From contig NGBS01001173.1 in NCBI GenBank assembly GCA_002245135.1, positions 124,001 to 183,175 of the forward strand: a stretch of 59,175 bases of DNA. Reading direction: 5' to 3'. A model generated the notes under the pieces. The model did no database searches. It worked only from the letters and a program-made list of their open reading frames with translations, and was not told where the DNA came from. This DNA comes from Proteromonas lacertae (lineage: Eukaryota). Positions 14,314-28,500 of the stretch are shown here, piece by piece; positions within the stretch are counted from its first letter, which is position 1, and each line of letters begins with the position of its first letter. Made by a program: the position numbers and the translations under genes.

Positions 14314-15470
14314 ATGTTGCTAGAACAGAAAATTGGAGCAATTTATAACATTTTTGATGGTGAAGAATTATTAAAGACATCAATTAAATCTATTAAATGC
14401 ATTGTAGATTATGTAGTTGTTGTATTTCAGAAGAGTATTTAGTATGAATATTTAAATGTATAGGATCAAACTATGATGAAGAATGCCATCCGTTTTTAGA
14501 AGGTTATCTCAACCAACTAAAAGATGAAGGTTTAATTGACAAATTAATAGAGTATACAGGATATGTATTTTTTAATGTGTTTAAATTTATATTATTTAAA
14601 GGGTCCATTTAGAAAAGAGGAGAGAAATGATCTTTTATCACCATTTTCTGATACAACAGCTTATGGTGGAAATAGTAGTGATATAAACCCAGCCTTCTTT
14701 CATGAAGTGAAGAAACGTGAAATTGGTAGATTAGAATGTTTAGCCAATAATTGCACTTATTTCATGTGTTTAGATTGTGATGAGTATTATAATGAGAGTG
14801 AATTGAAGAAATGTGTAACTGATATAATAAAAGGTGACTATGAAATTGGTGTATGTAAAATGAATATGTATCATCGAAAACCAACTTGGGAATTAATGCC
14901 AAAGGATGAATTTTCATATGTTCCATTTATATATAAAGTATATTTCTAATTATTATTGCATTTAATAGATGAATAAAGAAATGAGATTTATTTTAGCTCA
15001 TCCATATCCAGTATCTATAGATCCAACTAGAGGTTTAGCAAAATTACGAAAAGTCAAAGTATATGAAAGAGAAGAGATAATAATGCATCATATGTCATTT
15101 ATACGTAATGACATTACTTCAAAAACTCATTCTGTCACTAACAAAGGGAATTATTGTATATATATTTCATATGTTTTATATTTATATAGTTATTGGTACA
15201 AATGAGAGAGATTTTGTTAGAAATTTCATTAGTTGGAATGGAGATCCTCCAATTCCACATCCACATAATATAAGAGGCAAAATGCATCAATTTGTGAAGA
15301 AATATAAAGAGAATATATTTAATATAGACATTGAAAATGAATGTTTCTATTGCCATAAAAGTAATGCTGGATATAAATGTAAAGTGTGTAATTATGCTGT
15401 TTATTGTGATGAAAGGTGTTTAGAAGCTCATAAGATTAATCATCAAAGATTATGTCAAATGTTGAAATAA
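14314..15470 (+). CDS. GT-A fold (GT2-like) glycosyltransferase fused to a C-terminal MYND zinc finger, spliced
   Basis: YNIFDGEELLKTSIKSI...KREIG...YFMCLDCDEYY (DxD motif), MHHMSFIR, then CFYC...CKVC...YCDERC...H...HQRLC. Confidence 0.7.
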
Positions 15471-15559
15471 GTGAATGAATATTTCTATTTTTTTTCTATA
15501 ATATCGTTTTTATTGGACAAAAAAAATAATAAAAAATATGAATATACTGAATTAATAGT

Positions 15560-17740
15560 TTAATCTGTTTTAGATTCAGTTTTTTCTTCAGATTTTTCTT
15601 CATTACTTTCACCATTACCAACATCTTTAGGTGTAGCTGTCATTTCTCCTTCTTTATTATTATTATTATTAACAACATATAAATCATTAGTAATATTCTC
15701 AATTGGATGTAAATTCTTATTAATCAATAATTCACATAATTCCTTATAGTAACTTTTATTCAATTCGCCTTTTATTTTATATACAATTCTTGCTAGTGCT
15801 TCTAAATATTCATCATATAATAATTCCATATATAACGTCATAGGATCAGTAACATCAGCATCATATCCTAAAATAGATAAAATGCAATCATCAAATGTGA
15901 AATTATCATTGAATAACTGTAATTCTTTTACTTCTCTCAATATTGAAATTACAAAGATTGAACAAGAATGAACATCTTCATATTTAAACTATAATTTAAT
16001 AATAATATATATATATATATATATACATGTGTTTGTTTTTCAATTAATAATAAGAATAAATCAGATAAATCAATATCTTCTTCAACTATATACGACTGTA
16101 TTTCAGGACCATTAAATAATTTGAAGAATTCACTTCTTTCACCACAAGCATAAGGGTAAAAAAAAAGTAAATTAAAGAAAAAATATATAATATATATATT
16201 ATTATATAAAATGATATTTCAATATTGTTATTGATAATATTATTCATTCTATCAGATAAGAAATGATCATCATATCTATATATCATAATAAAAAATAAAA
16301 ACAACAGAATATATATATATATACTTCTTTATTGCTATTCTAATCACCAACTCTAAGAATTCATGAAATAATATTGGTCTACTTGGATCATGAACTGGAC
16401 CATCACATTCTTCAAAATCACCTAATAATTCATTCTTCTCTTCATCAGTAAATGGATGTTCGTTTCTATTAATATAAGTTATAATTATATATATATATTA
16501 TATACATCATATTTTTCAATATTTCATAATAATGCAATCTTGCATCCTTCAATAATCTGTTTATATCAGTTAAACTCAAGTTCTTATCCATTATTTGACA
16601 ATCACTTAAAAACTGCCAGAATTTCGACATTGTCATACAGTATAAGTAATTAGGACAATTTGCATCACTTAATGATGAATAATACTTATATATTTCATCA
16701 AATTTACTATAAAAATATATATATGAAAATAAATATATAAATATATACTGGATTGTCCTTAATAAAATATTATCTAGTTCTTTCTTATCCCTATATAACT
16801 CGTTATCTACATCATCACTTGTAAATATATCATTTAAAAACATCTCAGGTCTCGCATCTGCTTCATATGGAGGAGGAACAACAAATCGATTTTCCATAAA
16901 ATATTCCACATAAATTCTACCATTATCATAAACATAGATTCCTGGTCCAGTTTTCTTATTATCTTTCCAATAACCAGTATACTTTGAACCATCTGCATAA
17001 TAGAATATTCCAAACCCATCTCTCAAGCCATCTTTGAAATTTCCTTCATATCGATTTCTCATTCTCATTCTGCCTGGAATTTGTGCTTCATCTCCGTACC
17101 ACATATGCACACCATGTCCATTAGGTAAATCATTACACCATTGGCCTTCATACTCCTCATTTCGATCATACCAAAACATTCTACCTTCTCCACACTTTTT
17201 GTTATCGCTCCATTCTCCTTCATATCTGTTTCCTGAATTATATACTACTACTCCATACCCTTCTCTTAGTCCCATATTCCAATCTCCCTCATAAAATGAA
17301 CTCTTGTCTTTGTCATAATATAATATACCTTTACCATGTCTTTTTCCTTCCTTCCATGTTCCTGAATATTCTGCTTCACTAGGAGCTGCTGCAATGAAAT
17401 TACCACTTCCTTCTCTTAAACCATCATGTACTTCTCCTTCATATGAACTACCATCTATCCACATATATTTCCCCTTACCTTCAACTACATTTTGTTTAAA
17501 TTCACCTTCATAATTGAAATTTTCATTCTTATAATTACCTTCGCCTGTCATTGCACAACAATTAAAATCACCTTCATATTCTGATCCTACTAAAAACTTC
17601 ATATTTCCTTTACCTTCAATTCTATATTGAAAATGTATAAAATAATCATACAAATCTCCAGATTTCTCTCCATTGTATGAATCGATAATAAAATTAGCTA
17701 AAAATGGGTTTATTATTGTTCCTTGAGTTACAGGGTCCAT
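15560..17740 (-). CDS. MORN-repeat protein, radial spoke head 10B (RSPH10B)-like, spliced
   Basis: About 10 YEGxW/FxxGxxxGxG MORN repeats, then 'YKYYS...MTMSKFWQFLSDCQI' and EF-hand-like 'ELLYDEYLEALARI' segments. Confidence 0.75.
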
Positions 17741-17811
17741 AAAAAAGCAAAAAAATTAAAAAACGGTATGGTGTAACAAAAAATATTTTTGAATAACCAA
17801 CTAAATGAATT

Positions 17812-17973
17812 ATGAGTGAAAAAGGGTTAAAAATATTAATAGAAAGATTGAAAAATTATAAACCATTAGATGAGATAAATCTATCAGGAAATGAATTAAT
17901 AGAAAGTGAATTACCATTAACAATAGAAACATTTTCATTTATTGGAATAATTAAACTAAATGAAAAGAAGTGA
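17812..17973 (+). pseudogene. Leucine-rich-repeat gene fragment
   Basis: MSEKGLKILIERLKNYKPLDEINLSGNEL (LxxLxLxxN). The same start sequence recurs at 48264. Confidence 0.45.
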
Positions 17974-18651
17974 ATACTTTTTTCGATTAATACTGTAATA
18001 TACATTAGATAATTGATATTTTTAAGAATTTGGGGTGCAAAAATTTTCGCTAACCAAATTATTTAAATGTTTTATTAAAACACATTATATATTTAAAAAA
18101 TTTAAATAATTATAATATACCCTTTATTTTAGCACAAGTAATTATTAATACTCAATTTCAGAAGAATATTATCAGATTAAGTCGACTTTTGGTTAGAGAT
18201 AAAATGGATTATTTGAAATGTGTTAGATATGGATTTATTGCAAACAGAACAACAATGGTTTAATTGTAATTGTAATATCACTACCTACAGAATAACCTTA
18301 ATAACTTCATATCAAGAAGGAATCTCACCCTAATACAAAAATAGAAGAAATGATAATCTGAAGAACAGTCAATATTTTCATTTAAGTGTAAAGTTCATAT
18401 TCCTGAATAGAAATTGAATAGAAGGTATAGAAATTGTATTGGTACATCAACACTATTATTTATATCGAATTTTAAATTTACTACATGTAATATTTGTCCA
18501 ATCGTAATGAATGAACAGAATAAGGATGAAAATAAAATGACTATAGAATATATTTGAGATTCAGTAAAGAAAAACACTTACAACAGTAGTTCAAAGAATA
18601 ATGAATTTTTTTTGTTCAAGCCAAAATTCAAATCTTATCTGTTGTACGATT

Positions 18652-21600
18652 ATGGCGTTTCAACAATGTGGAGTTGCATTTATTATTCTTATTCTGTTTT
18701 ATGTGAATTTCATATCGGCAGAAGATATTAAAGTGTTTCTTATATTTGACTCTACAGTGTCAGCAGATATTGATTACATCGTGTCCTATGTTTATAAAAT
18801 CGATAACATAAAACTCGAGAAGAAAAAAGTAACGATATCTGAAGAATATTTGTCAGATTTATTCAAAGAACAGCAAATGAAAAAGGATGACACTGTGTTT
18901 GCTTATTTACCAAATGCAGATTTTGATATGATTAATAGATTAGCAGTACAATATGGAATATATGTATGGAATGCCGTAGCCTATGCTAATGCCACATGTT
19001 ACTCCAATATTGTTTTTGGATATGATATATCAGAGTCTACATTGCTCAGTATCAATAAATTATTTATTTTATTCTATATAGCTATTGATAAAAGAATAAA
19101 TGAGCTGTCAAATCTTATAATTGCGTATGATTCAACAGAAAGTGTATTTTTAGGAAGCATGGTAAGTAATTTGAAGAAAGTATTAGATTTTTCAAGACTT
19201 GCTCCTATTATATCATATGACTTTCCATCTAGTAAATCAAATCAGCTATTCACTAAAATTGATGGATATTTAAAATCCCACCCAACTGTAGTTGAAGTAA
19301 CTATATTGAATTATTATTCAGATACTGAATTAATAACTAATTGGAAAAACTATTTGTCAACATCACCTACTCAGAAGATTAATCTAATCAATATGCCTAC
19401 TGTTCCAAGAGACTATTTATTACAATCAGCTGATGCAAAAGGATCAATGATACTAAGTGAAAATGGTGAATTACCTTCAGATTTAATCAAAGAAATAAGT
19501 GATGCACAAATTCCACCTCTTTCAGCTTCTTTGGCTAATAAAGACTTTAGTTTATCATCTATTCAATTATATGAAATGTGTAGATTATATTATATTATAG
19601 GAAAAGAAAAATTGGATGATTTTTCAAGTGGAAATGATATTTTATTCTATGCATATAGAAATAATCAATATTTTACAATTTACAATAATACAGCAGGTGA
19701 TCAAACAATAGAAATTAGTTTAAATGAAGGTAATAGACTAATTGGAACTATAGATTATGGTAGAATAGATGCAGGTGGAGTTGTTGTGGATAATAATAGA
19801 TATAAACCTGTAGTTGGTATTTCCTATGTTTACGTTGATGGTTTACCAAAAGAATATATTTGTAACTTTTTGAAATCTAATACATTTAAAAAACCAGATA
19901 CAATTAATATTTTGTTATTATCATATAGAAATTTCTTTTCTCAAGATGAAACTATAAGAGAATTAACAAAATCAAATAAGAAGATTGGATATGCATTTAG
20001 AGCAGCTAAAAAGAGTATCAATGATGAAGTATATTATTTATTTATTTATTTATTTTAAATAGGGACTAATTATGAATAAAAAAGTGGAAGTGATTTGTAT
20101 TGATTTATCTGTTGGGATGGAACAAGTGATGAAAGAATATATCACTTATAAAAATCATTTTACTTTAATTGGGATATTTAGTACTGCATCAGTAGAAGAT
20201 GGTGAATCAATGGTAAAAATGATGGAGAGTAATAATATAACGGATTATACATATATTCGATTAACGCCAGGCATTATTAATTACTGTAAAAAGAATGTTA
20301 TTCCTATATCTTTTTTTATAAATATATAATTATAAAATGTCATTATTATCTTTAATTCTATGTAAGGATTAAATATTATTACAATGTGGAGATTTGTTAT
20401 ACAAGAATTCTCTAAAGTGATTAAAACTAAAAGATTATTCATCATTTATAGTGACTCTACATTCTCAACTACTGCAATGGAAACTGTAATGACAATTTCA
20501 AAAGCATATGATTCATTTGATGAGATAATATATGAACAAATGAAAGCAGTAAATGAAGAACAAGCGTTAAACATATGTACAAAAGTGTTAAGTCAATGTT
20601 CTGAAAGAAATGGTTTACCTGAAGGATGTTTAGTTGTGAATTTAGTTGACACTATTTATCAAAAGATATTATACCAATATTACCATTCTATTGTTGATGA
20701 TATGGAGAAGTATCCAGTTATATCTGTTTTATTAGATGAAAATATTATTAATGATCAATGGGAAAATGTATAGTTATCATTATTATAGTTTTTTTTGTTA
20801 TTATTTAATAGTATGATGGATCATATGTGATTGGTTATTATTTCGATCAGTTGAACACACCAGAAAGTAATTCATTCAAGCAAGAACTAAGAGATATGAA
20901 ACTAAATGAAAATGAACATATAACCTCAACAATGGGATATAGTTATATAACTGTCAAACAGTTATTATACGCATTAAAATTAGCGAGAAGTTTAGATCAT
21001 GATAGAATCAATAATATGATAATATATACTGCCTCAATGTTAGGTCCAGGAGGATATGTAGAATGGAATTCACAAGGAACTTCATCAACTCAACTACATA
21101 TTGGAAAAGTAAATAGTACAAGTGAGAAAATTGATATTATATTATCATCATCATATGTAATGTATTCTAATGCTTATCTGGGTGTAGATAAGAAATGTGA
21201 ATGGTTAAAAGGTGCTAGTAAATCTTATCCATCTTATACACTGATGTTTATTGATTTAGTTGATTCATATCTTCCAAGATTATTTTATATTATTATGCAT
21301 TGTATAATAATGTAATTGTTGATTATATTAATCTAAAAGATGGAATCAATAATCGATTACTTAAAGTATCCACAAAAACTTTTAATACAATTGATGAAAT
21401 GAAAGTGTATGTTGAAAAGAATAGTGATAATAAAGACCTATTAGCATTTTTTGGAACAACAACTAATGAACAAAGAGATGCGCTTGAACCTATATTAAAG
21501 AAACATAAGAAGTTTTTATTTAGTATACATCCAAGTGAAGGAATGAGATGTTATGAGAATATAATCCAAGTTGGTAGAGTTCCTAATCATTATGCATTTG

Positions 21601-22490
21601 CTTCAATAGCAACTGTTTGGCAATATTCAAATAATAAGATATTAGTAATTGTAATGTGTAATAATAAGTTTTGTCATGATGTTGGAGAATCGCTTGCTAT
21701 AACAGCTTATACTATGAAAGATATAAATGTATTTAGATATTATATAAATGATACTTTAACATTTGATAAAGTTGCTGATTTATTAAAGCTGATTGAGACT
21801 GATAGAATGATCATATTTACTGTGTTAGGATTCGAAACAACTGATTTTATAAAGACATTACATGGAAAGAATATGGATGGTGGTAAATATACTGTTGTTA
21901 GTTTAGATGTATTAGTTGAATGGGTAGATCCAGAAATATGGGAAGAAGAAGCTTTCTTTGTTTCGTATACCAAAGAGAGTCAAACAAATATTGAAAATCA
22001 AAACTTTATTTTAGATTTTACTAAAAGATTTGGTGAGAATGACAAACTATTAAATGAGCATACTTTAAATATTTATACATCCATAATGATATTAAATAAA
22101 GCATTAGCAAAAGTAAAAGATAATACATTTGAAGAATTGAAAAGACAAATCAAAGGTTTGGTTTTAAAACTACCAGTTGGTGAAATAAAAGTAAGAGATG
22201 ATTTGGTTTGTTCCAATTCTTATGTGTTAGTTAGAATTGCTAATGGAAAATATAAGATTATGTTAAAGACAATAAATCCAATGGCAATATCTGCATTTCT
22301 AGCTTATGTATATATTGTTATTATTATAATTATTTATAGAGAAAGGATGGAGATACATCAAAATGTGAAACAGCAGAATCTTATAATGAATTATTGAATA
22401 TTAATTTAGTAATTAATAGCAATGAAGAATCAATTTTGATGTTGTTGAATTTATATTTGGTCAATTATAATGAAAGAGGTTATAATATTG

Positions 22491-22532
<42 letters not shown>

Positions 22533-25500
22533 TATTTAGGCATTAACTAAATATTATTGTGATGATTTTAATCCTGAAAATATAACATCAATAGTGATTA
22601 CTTCTTGCTCAGTTAGAAAACAACAAAAATTCTTAGTAGAAAACCCTGATTTATTGTTAATATCAATAATTGATAAAAGTGGAGGTAGTTGTGATAATAG
22701 GATGTATATATTTTAATATATATATATATATATATATATAATAGAATTGAGTTAGGTTCATTTCCAAATCAAAAAATTATTCCTTATATTGGGTATATAT
22801 TAACTCATTACAACACAAATATAATGTTAATTACTACAACAGAAACATCAGAAAATGAATTAAATATGATAAAAGACACAATTTCTAGTTTAGGTGGGAC
22901 TTTAAAGAAACATACTGTAGTAAATGAATCTGATACTGATTCATTAGAAGATACAATAACTGACTTCATTACTTCTTATAGATTATATATTCGTGAAGGA
23001 GGTGTATTTTTGAACTATTTACAGAATAAAAAGAGTTTTGAATTATTATTTCAAATATATCAAATGATATTTAAAAATTTCTTTCCTTCAGTAGAAGAAG
23101 CTGCAAAAGTTTTCCCAATATTTAGTTGGGATATAAATATATTAAATGATATTGGCCCACTTAGAAGTAAAAGGCAATATTCATTAGCATCTTGTTATAG
23201 TGATGAAAATACAGCTACAAAAATATACAATATGGGAATAAACATGTTTGGAGAAGGTTATTCAATACCTAAAGTTGAAACAAGAGCAATTATTGCTTAT
23301 GAGTTATTAGTTGATGAATATAGTGAAACTACAGATTTTAATAATAAAGGAATATATAATTACTTAAATAATCATATATTAGTAACTTCATTTGGTGTTA
23401 CGAATATGTCTAAAATAGATACAAGTATTCCATTTACATATGTTGTTCTTCAAAAGGATAAAGAAGGAATATCAACTGTTGTTTCTAATATGACAATAAG
23501 TTGGGAAGCTGAACCATACAGACATTATTTTAATAGAGAATTTTACAAGATATGTTCAAAATTAAGTGAAACAGGTGAAGAAGTTACATTTGATTCGATT
23601 AAATTCTACTTCTTAATATCTTTTAGTGGAGAGTTTTCATATTCTTCGTCAGGTTTGCTTCTTAGTTATTTATCTGCGGTTGATTTCGTTAATGATAATT
23701 ATAATGGAATTCATAATAAGATGATATTACCAATAGTTAAAAATATAGATTCTAATAATGAAAAAGCAAGGAAATATATACTAAAAGCTGTGAATGATAC
23801 AGGAAATAGGGTTATATTTGGATTAACAAATTCTGATATGAGAAAGTATGTATTAGATGATTTACATGATAATGAATTGTTATTATTTTACCCATATTCA
23901 TTTGAAGGATATGAATGTAGTGAGAATGTCATATATCTGAGAAGTCCATTCACAGATTATATCACTATTATATCATACTTTTATCTATCTAAACATTCAT
24001 TTAAAAATGTAGTTGTACTATATTCAGATACAAGTAGAGATTATGAAAATGCTAAAAATCTTCAATACTTTTTACAGATGAAAAGTATTAATGTAGAAGC
24101 TATGATTAGATTACCAACAGTGAATTATAAAATGAATTTTGTAGTTAATATTATTAAAAGTAAATTGAAAACTGGATTAATTGTTTCAATGTTAGAAGGA
24201 CAAGCTGAGAAAGATTTGTTTATTGAAATGAGAAAAGAAAATCTTGATCTTAAGGCATATACGGTTGTTTCATTTAATACAAAATTGACTGAAGTAGAAG
24301 ACAAGTTTTGGGAGTTATTTGATGGTCATTATTTTGTAGAAACGCTTAAACAGGAGAATTTTAAAAATCAAGAAGTTTATGATATAGCTCATAAGAAATA
24401 TACATTTATTGATAAAGAGTTAACATCTTCAGGTTTATTATCTGTGATTGTTGCAGCGAAAGCATTGAATTCAATTAGTTTTACTAACAATACTAATAGT
24501 GAAGAAAATGATGATGAAGTGTTTATTCCTTATTCATTTGAAGACTTATTAAATGCTGTTCATAATGTAAATTTAAGCGATATAATAGATAAAACAAGAA
24601 TAACAACAAATAACCAAATATCTTTACTAATATATTTAGTTAGAGTTCATTATTACTCTAATAATAATAGTTATTCATTAGAAACAATAACACACTTAGA
24701 AGAATATAATAGTATTAATCCTTATACAACAAAGTATAATTCTGATGGAAATTTATATTATTGTGAATGGAAAGTAGATAATAAAACAGTAAGAGGTAGT
24801 AAAATTCAAAGAAATAGTAAGAAAATAGCATTATTATACTCAATAACTGGTGATAATAGAAAATATCAACTACAATCATTGGATATAGTAATGGCTATGA
24901 TAAAGAGTTTGAATAAAAAGGATCCATTAAATGGTACATTTTTAGATTATAAAGTTTATGATACATCTAATATTGATAATCTAAAATCAATTGCTGAACA
25001 ATTAGTTAATGATGAAGATGTAATAATGGTATTAGGTTGTTCAAACACTGAATGTAAGAATATAATCAGTCATGAATTTATTAATAGGAAATCCAATAAG
25101 ATGTTGTGGTATCCATCCATATTTGAAGGACAGGAATGTGATAGATATGTTTATTTTACTGGATTAGTACCAAGTTTATTTACTAAACCATTATCAACAT
25201 TTATTAACCAAATTACATTTGAAAAGAAAATATATTTATTAGGAAACAATGATAAGACAAATGAAATAATTCATAAAGTATTGAAAAAATCTTTTGAAGT
25301 ATTGTATAAGATTGTTGGGGATGAAACTGTAGAATCAGATAAAGGATCAACTTACCCTTATGCAGATAAGATAGTTGAATCATATATTCAAAGTGGATGT
25401 ATTATTATTTTATTATTGGATGATGTTACTACAGTTGATTTTATCAATTATTTTGATGAATTAGTTACTAAAAAATATCATTTGTTGTTATTGAAAGATA

Positions 25501-28500
25501 TTAAACTTAAATTTCATATTATTACTATTCGAAGTGATAGAGATCTAATTGATTCATTGACACTATCTGGAAATATTAATATCTATTTATGTGGTTCATA
25601 TTTTGATGAAATTAATTCAAATTGTGAATTTAGAAAGAATATTAATCATTATTTTGGTGAAATAATAAATGGAAATGAATTAGCTCATAGTTCATATTTA
25701 GCATTAGAATATTGGGCAAATGCTGTTTCAAAACTTGGCGATGATTATACAAACAATGAGTTATTAAAGAATCAGTTGATTAAATCAAGTATAAACTCAT
25801 GTACTGGTATTACAATGATGTTCAAGAACAATCATCTCTCATTACCATTCTTTATTATGCAAATATTGAAAGATAAAAATAATGATAAGTATATTCTTAA
25901 AAAGGTTTATAGTCAAACAAGAATACTTGAACCATTAGCTTATAGTTGGGATATTCCAGAAACAAATGGTTTGGTATGTGATTTTACAGCATCTGTTGAT
26001 ACTGGTGTATTAGTTCCAACTATCACTATTGCTGTTGCTTTGTCTATTTCTGGTACATTTAGAGACACAGATAAATATGTAACAAATGTATTTGAGTTAA
26101 TATTAGATGCTTTAAACACAAATAATGGATTGTTAAATAAAAGAATTACTGTTCAATCATATGATATTCAATCCAGTGATAGTATTTGTTTTGAATTATT
26201 ATATAATTATTTGAAATTAGTAAATGAAGGTGTTATATTTACATCAGCATCTGATGGTTGTATTAGTTTATTAAGTCCATTATTAGAAGAGAAAGATATA
26301 CTTCTATTTCATGTAGGTTATACAGGTGGTGAAAAATGTTACCGAAATGTATTTTATATGTTAAAAGAACCAAGTTTCGTTGGAAGAATAATCGATTATT
26401 TAATAGAGCCAACAAAGATAGAAACATTGCATTATTGTATATTAACTGCCAATGGCGATGATGGATTGAAATATGGAAGTTATATTACTAATTATTTGAA
26501 ATTTGTTGGTGGAATTGTTGATTATTCATCCAGTAGTTTAGCTTTACCTGAAGAAGGAGCTACTGATGATATTTCACCTATTGTGGATGATATTGTGAAA
26601 GGATTAATTACAGCAACTCCAACTTATGGATGTTATATATTATTTGTTGCAGATTCAGTTTTACATTATCAAGTTGATAAACTATTGGATAAATATACAA
26701 AAGAAAGCAATAATAGAGATAAGTACACGTTTGTATCATTAAATACTGCTTCAAATGCTGCATTTAGAAATGTAAAATCATTCTATTCTGTCCAAACATA
26801 TTTTACTAATTTAGATAATCCAGAAAATGAAAAAATGAAAGAAGAAATACTATCAGTTACTACTTTTGTTACTGAAGCAATGTATACTGCTTATATATCA
26901 AGTGAAATATTTATAAATGCAGCAAAGAAAGTAAAGAGTATACAAGGAAAGGTATTGAGGAAAGAATTGTATAAATTGAGCTATAAATCTCCAAGTGGTG
27001 GAATATTGACAATGGGAAATGATAATTATATAAATCAGTACATGATGTATGGCAAAATGATAGAAAATGATGATAATTATGGCTTTGAATTAATCATGAA
27101 ATCTGCTACAGTATTAGAATCAGTTGTATATAAAGATTGGATAAATGACGCAAAATATGTTTGTAAACTAAACAGTGATATAATATACACTAAATATAGA
27201 GAAACATCAATAACAATTGGTATATTAACATCATTCAGAGGTAAATACAATACAACTGAAAGATCAGTAGCGAGAGGTATTATCCAAGCAATTGATGAAA
27301 TCAACAACAGTGGTGGAATAATTGGTAAAAAAATAGAAATGTTAATACGTGATGCAGAGTCAGATATTAATAGATATGTTTATTATGCTGAAGAATTCTG
27401 TAGATTGGATGAAGTGAGTGTAGTATTTGGTGGTGGAGGTTCTTCATTGATAAGTCATGAATTAGATGAAGTATTTGAAAGAAAGAAGAAATTATTCTTT
27501 TCAAATAGTTTAGCATTGACTGAATCATGTCCAAAGTTCATAATGACAACTCAAATAAATACAGAACAATTGATGAAAAGTGCTTGGAAATATTTATTAT
27601 CAAATACGAATCATTTATACATTATTCAAGATGATGAAATATTCAGTTCTCAATTCTCAAGAAGTATGTTATTATTAAGTGAAATGACTAAATTAAAATC
27701 GCATGTTTATAATTTGAGTAGTTTGAATGATACTTATATTCCAGATGATTTTGATGTTGATAGTTTAGGTAAAGATTCACTTATAATTTTAAGTGTAATT
27801 GAAGAAAACAATATAAAAGCATTTAGTTGGTTATGTAGACAGAGTATCAATATGACAAAAACAAATGTAGTAGCTATATCGTTGGATAGATATTTAATGG
27901 AATATATTCCTAGAGAATGTGTTGCTGGTTCTTATATGTTAACTGCATTTATTAAAGAAATGGGTTTAGAAACATCTGATGCAATGACATACAAATCAAC
28001 AAGCAAATCATTTATTGAAAAGATGAATAGTCGTTATGGTAAAAATTCAATAATTACTTCAGCAACAGAGAATGGATACTTATCTGTACAATTATGGTCA
28101 AATATCATTACATCTATAACAAAATCATTTGATAATGAAAAGATTAGGGAAAATTTATATGGTTATTCATCAATTGGTCCATCAGGAAAAATAGAAATGA
28201 GTACTGATGGTTTTGCAAATAGAGTTATATACTTAGTTAAAGTGTCTAAAGACCTTAGTTTGTCTATTGTTGATTATGCTTCTCAGCCAGAAATTGCTTA
28301 TGCTTGGAATGATATATATCCAGAAAATGAAGGATATAAATGTGATTGGACAATTGAAACATCATCTTCTTCTTCTTCAAGATTATTGAAGGAAAATAAT
28401 AAAAGATTAAAGCAGAAATCATTAAAGTTAATATTTTTTCATGATACATCTGTTACAAGAAGTGTAGAAATAAATTCAATGTTGATGGAATATACATTAA

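Noticed and set aside
22490..22745. (TA)n tracts as separate repeats or elements (also ~13785, ~16010, ~52020)
   Set aside because: They are microsatellite expansions inside host introns.
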